A DNA stretch of 63,378 nucleotides, filler included. It is 8 parts of 8 records of this genome, joined end to end, with 100 filler letters (N's around TTAATTAATTAA, not from the genome) between each part and the next. Parts side by side here need not be neighbours in the genome. Positions count along the whole stretch, not along the records: positions 56,987 to 63,378 come from SRR31156797_32155; 7 more parts are not named here. One strand, written 5' to 3'. Under the pieces are notes generated by a model. The model searched no databases and was not told the DNA's origin. It was given only the letters and a program-made list of their open reading frames with translations. The position numbers and the translations under genes were made by a program. Positions within the stretch are counted from its first letter, which is position 1. Each line of letters opens with the position of its first letter. Below, one piece after another: positions 57,052-63,378 of this stretch.

Positions 57052-57198
57052 TCAGCGCTTCGTACTAGCCCCTGTAACATTGTGAATTCCGGCCGGTCTC
57101 CCTTTGACGACCAACCAGAAAGAAAGCAGCATTAAAATTAACACTATCAACCTGAATCGGTTTAGGTTGTCTTTATCGGTATACTTTTTTACACGCAT
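57052..57198 (-). CDS. Small ORF (48 aa) with one hydrophobic segment; possibly a truncated exported protein
   Basis: GGAG RBS then MRVKKYTDKDNLNRFRLIVLILMLLSFWLVVKGRPAGIHNVTGASTKR*, 31 nt downstream of the porin stop. Below the ORF-track cutoff. Confidence 0.4.
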   Translation of the reverse strand: MRVKKYTDKDNLNRFRLIVLILMLLSFWLVVKGRPAGIHNVTGASTKR

Positions 57199-57229
57199 TT
57201 CAAACTCCCCATCGGGTATAGTTGATCAT

Positions 57230-58570
57230 CTAAAACACGATCTGCATGGAGGCACCCAGCAGCCTTGCCGTTTCAGCACCTGGCAGGGATGAATCAGCAA
57301 ACTGGGCATCAAGAGTCATATGGACGGCTGGTGTTAATTCAATATTGTAAAAGAACTCCAACACAGCGGATTTGTCGTCTACGCCCGAAGCATTGAGCAG
57401 GCGGCCTGTGTTGACGCTGTTATAGCTGAATCCCAATCCCAAGCAGTCTGCATCACGCCCTGGAATAAGTCCTTTTGCATTCACCCCTGCGCTGATAATG
57501 TATTCCGCCAAATTTGTGGCATCATCAGCATACTGGATACGGGAAAAAACACCCACACCTTGGAGGTCCTGGCGGCCATTGGCGGGATCAACAAGGGTTT
57601 TTGACGGGTTCTTGACCCAGAGATACTGCCAGAAATCTGCTGATAAGAACCAGGATGTGTCTTTGGTAGCCGGTTTCAGTTCAGCGCCCGTCAGGCTGAA
57701 ATGGCCGTCACTCTCAAGGAACTCATTATCCCAGGCATATCCCCCTGTCAGTCCGAAACCCCCAGGCAGGCCTTTAATGGCATAGCCTTGCGTCAGGGAA
57801 ACGAGTCCGAACATCCCATCATCAAAGTGATTGAATCCGGAATTGTTGGAGGTATCGGTTGAGGTGCCGATCATACCGGTTATGGTCATTGTCGGTATGG
57901 GCATGTATAAAAAAAGGCCCCCTGCCGTGCTGTAGGGAACAAACAGGGCTGCTGAAAACGGCATGGTTAGGTTCATGTTCCAGTATTGGGACCGGCCCCG
58001 GCCTCCGGAAAACTCGTTGGATGAATCATAGGTGTCAAATTTACCCAGTGCCACAGCAAACTTGCTGCTTAGAAACTGGGTATAATTGATGACCGGAAGC
58101 ATGAGAGCAACATCCTCATCCAGTTGAGCGGTCATGGGGTGTGTGGCGTCGGTGTTCACCGGAACCAGTGAACCGGAGATGGCATTCACAGATTTTCCAT
58201 AACGGGAGACAGCACGCACGGACAAAAGCCCTCCCGGAATAAGCCCCATGCGGTCAAAGTCCAGGTTAACATTGTAATCCAGGGTTCCGCCATACTTTGT
58301 GTCCCGTTCTATCCCCCCGTCTATGACAGACTGGAGAACCTGATTGAAATCGATGTCAAATGTGACACCTTTCTTGCTCCATTCGGTTCTTTTCCCATTT
58401 AAATCTCCCAGCAGATAAGCCCTCTGGCTAAAATCGCCTGTGTAATCATGAAGGGGGATAATCCCGCTGCTCTGTGATTGATCCTCCTGCGCATGAACCA
58501 TTTGGAGAGACGTTCCCATAACCACGAAAATCAAAAGTAAAAAGCCAACCGGCAAGCGCATAAAACTCAT
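57230..58570 (-). CDS. Carbohydrate-selective porin (OprB family)
   Basis: Signal peptide; LLGDLNGKRTEW..KGV, GLIPGRDAD.LGLG, EFFYNIELTPAVHMTLDAQ; terminal Phe. Confidence 0.85.
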   Translation of the reverse strand: MSFMRLPVGFLLLIFVVMGTSLQMVHAQEDQSQSSGIIPLHDYTGDFSQRAYLLGDLNGKRTEWSKKGVTFDIDFNQVLQSVIDGGIERDTKYGGTLDYNVNLDFDRMGLIPGGLLSVRAVSRYGKSVNAISGSLVPVNTDATHPMTAQLDEDVALMLPVINYTQFLSSKFAVALGKFDTYDSSNEFSGGRGRSQYWNMNLTMPFSAALFVPYSTAGGLFLYMPIPTMTITGMIGTSTDTSNNSGFNHFDDGMFGLVSLTQGYAIKGLPGGFGLTGGYAWDNEFLESDGHFSLTGAELKPATKDTSWFLSADFWQYLWVKNPSKTLVDPANGRQDLQGVGVFSRIQYADDATNLAEYIISAGVNAKGLIPGRDADCLGLGFSYNSVNTGRLLNASGVDDKSAVLEFFYNIELTPAVHMTLDAQFADSSLPGAETARLLGASMQIVF

Positions 58571-58678
58571 TGAGAGCCTCCTAAAATAAAAACATCATCT
58601 TAATTTCATAATTGAAATTGTACTGCCATTCCCCATAAACAAGGGTTAACATACCTTGGGCTTACCTTGAATGCGCAA

Positions 58679-59527
58679 TTACCAAACCACCTTGTAACCG
58701 AACTCTATGGAACCGTCGATGGGCCTGTGACCGCCAATGCCTACGGCTGGCCTTAAATAAGCACTGTGGCCTTTTGTACCAAAGAACCTGTCAAGCATGG
58801 TGCCGAATTCAGCATCGACAATCATGTATTCTTTGTCCTGCTCATAATCAAGAATGATCTGAGGATCAAGCAGGGCCCAGTACTGTTTGTCTGATGATGC
58901 CCATAGGAAATAAACATCAATAAGGCCCTGGTGAACGTCGTCACGGCCATCATCCGTATCCACGCTGAACTTGTGCTGATAGGCAGGCGCAAAAAGAGTC
59001 CCTTTGATACCAAGAGGCGCAAAAAACACCAGAAATACCTGGGGCCCCAGTGAAAATGCACCGGATCCAAGTGCGTCTTCTGAAGCCGTATCCAGAAAAG
59101 TTTCCAACCCCACGGCAACGGCAAGTCGTTTCTCCATATTCAGGTAAGGTACGGTCAGAAATCGGAAATCCGAATCACCAAAACCGGAATCATCCAGGTC
59201 GTCCCGCCCGTCTCCGGTTACGTCAGCTTCTATAGACGCATACCGAACCCTGGCCCGAAACTGCCACTTTCCTTTTGCAAACGGGGCTCTGAATTCAAAG
59301 GTAGTGATATTTTGATCCCCGTCTCCAGTGGTGTTCAGCCATTGGTACTCATTATAGATCCGAGCATCGAAGGTAAAGTTAACGGGATTGGTGCCGGTTT
59401 TGTCACCTTTCATCTTGGCTTTGGCAACATCCTTGGCATCATCCTTGGCAAAAGCCGCCAATGGTGTGCAGGCCAGCATTAAACAGAGTGTAATTACCAT
59501 TATGATATGATGGATTTTCTGATTCAT
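58679..59527 (-). CDS. Putative outer-membrane beta-barrel protein
   Basis: Signal peptide (AFA), alternating beta-strands, SGFGD and DTASEDALGSG motifs, C-terminal FGYKVVW beta-signal. Confidence 0.65.
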   Translation of the reverse strand: MNQKIHHIIMVITLCLMLACTPLAAFAKDDAKDVAKAKMKGDKTGTNPVNFTFDARIYNEYQWLNTTGDGDQNITTFEFRAPFAKGKWQFRARVRYASIEADVTGDGRDDLDDSGFGDSDFRFLTVPYLNMEKRLAVAVGLETFLDTASEDALGSGAFSLGPQVFLVFFAPLGIKGTLFAPAYQHKFSVDTDDGRDDVHQGLIDVYFLWASSDKQYWALLDPQIILDYEQDKEYMIVDAEFGTMLDRFFGTKGHSAYLRPAVGIGGHRPIDGSIEFGYKVVW

Positions 59528-59592
59528 TATTGATTTTCCCTTTTCTTTATCTCAACCGAACAGGTGGTTTTAATTTATTCTCTATCTGGCAA

Positions 59593-61041
59593 TTACTTTT
59601 TGGGTTTATAAGGATCCGGTGTTCCCGGTTTGATCGGTGGTTCTTTTTTAAGTGATATAGCATGCTCGACGAGTTTGGGCATTGCCGCCTTGGGAACCCA
59701 TGTGTCCGAGAAAAAGACGTTTTCCCGCTCTGACATGTCACGGTGAAGATTATAAAGTTTTGGTACACCATACTCCTTGATCTCACCAAAAACCGTATCC
59801 ATTTCCTTAAGGTGGAGTTTCCAGTTACGCCATTTTATACCGTAGACTTCGTTGCCCATGTAGACGATGACCGAGTCTCGTCCAGACTTTTCCTTCTTCC
59901 CTACAAAAAAATCCATCATCTCTATGCCGTCGATGGTGCGGTCTTCTGGTACCTTGCCGCCGGCAATTTTCGCCAGGGTCGGGAAAAGATCCATCTCGTG
60001 GACAATCTCGTCACTGGACTTCCCGGCTGGTATCCTGCCGGGCCAGCGGATGGCGAAGGGGACGCGCAGGCTTCCCTCAAAACTTGTGAACAGGGTACCG
60101 CGCCAAGGGCCAGGGCTCCCCTGGCTTGTGGTTTCGAGGGTGACTGTGTTGTTACCATGGGCCATCTCCGGCCCGTTATCGGCTGTGAAGATAACGATAG
60201 TATTCTTTCGAATACCCAAATCATCAATGGAATCGAGTATCCGGCCGGTGTAGGCGTCGATCTGCATCAACATATCGGCCCAGGCGCCGTTGCCTGACTT
60301 GCCGATAAAATCAGGATGAACCATCGTGGGGAAATGAGTCGCCGTGTAGGGAATAAACGCAAAAAACGGTTTATCTTTCTTAGCATTTCGCTCCATGAAA
60401 TCGATTGCCCTGTCGGTCAGGTCTTTGTCGATTAGGGCGCGGTAGTCGAGTCGATAGGGCCTGACTTTTTTGGGGACCTCTCCTTTCTTGCCATCCATGA
60501 CGTACGTTTCTTCCACGCCGCTTTCAACAAAGCCAGGGCGGCTGGAGTAGGTAGATTCATCGGTTGAGTTATGGATGCCGTACCATTCGTCAAACCCCTG
60601 GTCGGTTGGGAACCTGCCTGGAGTGCGCCCCAGGTGCCATTTGCCATACATGCCAGTCGCATAACCAGCATCAGAGAGCATTTCAGCCATGGTCTCCTCC
60701 CATTGGACAAGTCCATAAACGCCACTGCCGAGCGGTACGATTCCGTTGCCGCTCCTAATGGCGTACCGGCCTGTCATTATGGCAGAACGGGAGGGAGTGC
60801 ATTGTGCTTCCACATTGAAATTGGTTAACCGCATACCCTCGGAAGCCAGTTTGTCCATCCGGGGGGTTGAAGCACCCCGGATGATCCCGCCTCCGTTGAA
60901 ACCGGGTTCTCCCCAGCCGAAATTGTCCATGAATATAAGGACGATGTTTGGTTTTTTGGAAGCAATTGCTTGTCCTGGACACCATACCATTGCAGTCCCT
61001 ACAACCAAAACCAGAACTAAGATTCTGAATAGTACTTTCAT
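59593..61041 (-). CDS. Exported Cys-type arylsulfatase
   Basis: KPNIVLIFMDN, CTPSRSAIMTGR (CxPxR), GKWHLG, DNG, EGSLRVP, D.FPT. Confidence 0.93.
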   Translation of the reverse strand: MKVLFRILVLVLVVGTAMVWCPGQAIASKKPNIVLIFMDNFGWGEPGFNGGGIIRGASTPRMDKLASEGMRLTNFNVEAQCTPSRSAIMTGRYAIRSGNGIVPLGSGVYGLVQWEETMAEMLSDAGYATGMYGKWHLGRTPGRFPTDQGFDEWYGIHNSTDESTYSSRPGFVESGVEETYVMDGKKGEVPKKVRPYRLDYRALIDKDLTDRAIDFMERNAKKDKPFFAFIPYTATHFPTMVHPDFIGKSGNGAWADMLMQIDAYTGRILDSIDDLGIRKNTIVIFTADNGPEMAHGNNTVTLETTSQGSPGPWRGTLFTSFEGSLRVPFAIRWPGRIPAGKSSDEIVHEMDLFPTLAKIAGGKVPEDRTIDGIEMMDFFVGKKEKSGRDSVIVYMGNEVYGIKWRNWKLHLKEMDTVFGEIKEYGVPKLYNLHRDMSERENVFFSDTWVPKAAMPKLVEHAISLKKEPPIKPGTPDPYKPKK

Positions 61042-61105
61042 GCGCTAATCCTTTCTGTTTAATTTAGTTTTGAATTGACATTATGAACCTTGCTTGCCGC
61101 CTAAA

Positions 61106-61426
61106 TTATGTCCGATACTTTTTGATAATTTCACCCCCCCCGGCTTCAAAAATTTCGGCAATTTGTATTTCAAAGGTTTGGCCAAGTACCATAGTGGCCC
61201 CATACAGCAACTCAAATTCCAAGGTTTTAAAATGTTTCTCCATGGCCTGACGAGAATCCCATTGACCAACCACAGAAAAAGTGTTCGCCGCTTGGGGGTC
61301 ATGTGTTAAACTATAGCTGACACAGCTTTTATCCTTTGCAATTCTGGATACCAGATAGTCAGCCGATGTAGCAAACTCATCTGCTTTATACTGTTTTGTC
61401 TTGATTTTCATAATGTACAAAAACAT
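61106..61426 (-). CDS. Antibiotic-biosynthesis-monooxygenase (ABM, dimeric alpha+beta barrel) family protein
   Basis: About 100 aa with SCVSYSL..D....F...GQWDSRQAMEKHF; AGGAGG RBS. Confidence 0.75.
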   Translation of the reverse strand: MFLYIMKIKTKQYKADEFATSADYLVSRIAKDKSCVSYSLTHDPQAANTFSVVGQWDSRQAMEKHFKTLEFELLYGATMVLGQTFEIQIAEIFEAGGGEIIKKYRT

Positions 61427-61509
61427 TTTGCCTCCTCCTCTACCGAAAATATTGATTCACAGGCCTTGAGGATTTCCGACCTATTATTGATGCTTGGGTG
61501 AATTATTAA

Positions 61510-61525
61510 TGCAAAAAAAGCGCCA
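61510..61525 (-). promoter_or_regulatory. Sigma-54 promoter of the ABM-sulfatase operon
   Basis: Minus strand TGGCGCTTTTTTTGCA, near consensus with GG-N10-GC spacing. Confidence 0.8.
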
Positions 61526-61618
61526 TTGAAATTTACATCTGTAAAAAACACCATAACTCTTTTAAAATACTAAAGAAAACCTGTCGCTTGGTGGTGACGG
61601 GCAACGGAGATAGAAACG

Positions 61619-61662
61619 AAAAAACACTTAATATCGTATATCGACGATATTAAGTGTTTTTT
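61619..61662. repeat. Perfect 19-bp inverted repeat (terminator and/or activator site)
   Basis: AAAAAACACTTAATATCGT-ATATCG-ACGATATTAAGTGTTTTTT. Confidence 0.85.
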
Positions 61663-61709
61663 TGTGGGTAAAGTCTGATTTATATGGTGCCCCAGCAATA
61701 CTTCAACGT

Positions 61710-63239
61710 TTAAAGATCATTCTTTGGCCCGGGGTGCTTAATACCCAATTTTTTCATCTTGCTTCGAAGAGTATTGACATGTAGATCCAGGGTTGATGCA
61801 GTACTATTTTTACCCCCGATCTTCCATTTATGAGCTTTTAGCACCTTCAGAATATAGTTTCGCTCCATTTGTTCAAACGTTTTGAAACGGGTTGGGCTAA
61901 TTTCCGAAATCCTGGGAAGCTCAAACGTCAATTTCCCTGCTCTTGCGCTTACCATAGCATTTTCGACAGCGTGTTTTAATTCTCTGACATTACCCGGCCA
62001 GTTATAACGCAGCAGTCTGTCCATTGTCTTCTTAGGAATTGTAGGATTGTCAATATCCATTTTCCTGGCGAATTGATTAACAAAATAATGAATCAACAAA
62101 GGGATGTCATCCGGTCTCTCCCGGAGTGCAGGAACAGTAATCGGAAAGACTTTCAGCCGATACCACAGGTCCTGCCTAAAGCGGCCTTTCTTCACTTCAT
62201 CTTCAAGAATACGGTTTGTTGCAGCAATAATTCGGGCATTAGTGCATAGGGTTTTTGAACTGCCAAGCCTTTCAAATTCGCCACTTTCAAGCACACGAAG
62301 CAGCTTCGCCTGGAGATCGTAAGGGAGTTCTCCGATTTCGTCCAGAAACAGCGTTGATCCTTGGGCCAGTTCAAAGCGACCGAGCTGGGTCTTTGTTGCC
62401 CCGGTAAACGCCCCTTTTTCACGTCCGAAAAGCTCGCTTTCAATTAATTCCCTGGGGAGCGTTGCGCAGTTGACTTTTACCATGGCACTTCTGCCTCGGG
62501 GGCTCAGCCTATGCAGTGCCTGGGCAATAAGTTCTTTGCCAGTACCGGTCTCCCCCATAATCAATACAGAAGAATCCATCGAAGCAACCAACTCGACCCT
62601 GCTGAGCACATATTTTAAAGCCTCGCTTTGTCCGATAATAGTTTCAAAATGTTGCTCCAGCCTAATTTCGTTCTGTAGGTAGTCTCTTTCAGCTTCCAGT
62701 TTTTTTTTCAAATCTTCAATTTCTTTAAGTGAACTACGTAGTCGAAGTTCGGCCTGTTTTGTCTCTGTAATGTCAATGTACATGTTGACGACATAGGCAA
62801 TTTCTTCTTTTTTGTTTTTAACTGAATATAAGTAACACTGAATCCATGGTGCATTTGTCTTTAAATGCCCAAGGCCAATTTCATTCATTAATAGGTCCCC
62901 GTTATATTGAATTGGTGGTAAAATCACGGAATCCCCTGAAAAGGCTTTCTTAACGTAAGAAAGAATACCAAGCTCTACCACCTGTTTGTCGGTGAGCATG
63001 TTGTACTTTGACAACACCTGCGCAGTGTCTTTCTCATTCAGTCCCCATAGTCGTTGCCAGGCATCATTTACCTTTATGATTTGCCCTTTAGACGTCAAAA
63101 TTTCGATCGCAAACGGGCATTGTTCTATCAGCATACGGAAATCATCTTCGTTTTGTTTGAATAGCTGAAAGGCGTCTTTAATTACTCCCGAATGCTTATC
63201 AAATACCATATCCGTTTTTGCATTATCTTTTATGCCCAT
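61710..63239 (-). CDS. PAS-domain sigma-54-dependent activator (FhlA/HyfR-like AAA+ region)
   Basis: N-terminal PAS (IIKVNDAW..DITE), coiled coil, GETGTGKE, ESELFG..GAFTGA, GRFELA, WPGNVREL, HTH. Confidence 0.93.
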   Translation of the reverse strand: MGIKDNAKTDMVFDKHSGVIKDAFQLFKQNEDDFRMLIEQCPFAIEILTSKGQIIKVNDAWQRLWGLNEKDTAQVLSKYNMLTDKQVVELGILSYVKKAFSGDSVILPPIQYNGDLLMNEIGLGHLKTNAPWIQCYLYSVKNKKEEIAYVVNMYIDITETKQAELRLRSSLKEIEDLKKKLEAERDYLQNEIRLEQHFETIIGQSEALKYVLSRVELVASMDSSVLIMGETGTGKELIAQALHRLSPRGRSAMVKVNCATLPRELIESELFGREKGAFTGATKTQLGRFELAQGSTLFLDEIGELPYDLQAKLLRVLESGEFERLGSSKTLCTNARIIAATNRILEDEVKKGRFRQDLWYRLKVFPITVPALRERPDDIPLLIHYFVNQFARKMDIDNPTIPKKTMDRLLRYNWPGNVRELKHAVENAMVSARAGKLTFELPRISEISPTRFKTFEQMERNYILKVLKAHKWKIGGKNSTASTLDLHVNTLRSKMKKLGIKHPGPKNDL

Positions 63240-63378
63240 TTTAAATATGCCTAATATTTCAATCTGATTATAAAAAACGATTATATACTACCAACTATAA
63301 AATACCACTTCAATGGTTAGCGAGCTATTATTCGATGATCAAATTTTAAAAAAGAGAAGGCTGGTCAATTTGATGGTA

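Overview
This window is not one continuous locus. It is eight short contigs joined by artificial 100-nt spacers (N-run + TTAATTAATTAA + N-run): 1-6812, 6913-16546, 16647-25928, 26029-37618, 37719-43251, 43352-49091, 49192-56886 and 56987-63378. Gene order across spacers therefore carries no meaning. Contig 2 looks like Bacteroidota (AT-rich; rocD, BatA, asparaginase, CarH-like MerR, WbqC, lepB). Most others look like anaerobic Desulfobacterota-type DNA; taxonomy is inferred from protein style only. Contig 1: 3' end of a GGDEF gene, a sigma-54-type promoter upstream of a PEP-CTERM gene and a large secreted PKD/prenyltransferase-repeat gene, a GNAT, and microcompartment genes pduS/pduT. Contig 3: trkH, hrpB, an RCK K+ channel, a histidine kinase/sigma-54 regulator pair and livGF. 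Contig 4: an AT-rich CDP-sugar/surface-polysaccharide cluster between two internally deleted IS remnants. Contig 5: anaerobic cobalamin genes with embedded parS-like sites. Contig 6: a PEP-synthase-like protein with a non-canonical C-terminus followed by a dual-specificity phosphatase, a two-component pair and a SprT/DUF2786 protein. Contig 7: a membrane protein, an amidohydrolase-2 (decarboxylase-type) enzyme, a phenylphosphate-synthase-alpha-like protein, two HAD hydrolases and two unknown small proteins. Contig 8: a PAS sigma-54 activator and an ABM/sulfatase/two-outer-membrane-protein operon. The best candidates for uncharacterised systems are the contig 7 phospho-activation/(de)carboxylation cluster, the contig 6 dikinase-like plus phosphatase module and the contig 1 surface alpha/alpha-barrel protein. 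No rRNA, tRNA or CRISPR array was recognised. All family calls come from motifs read by eye; no database searches were run.
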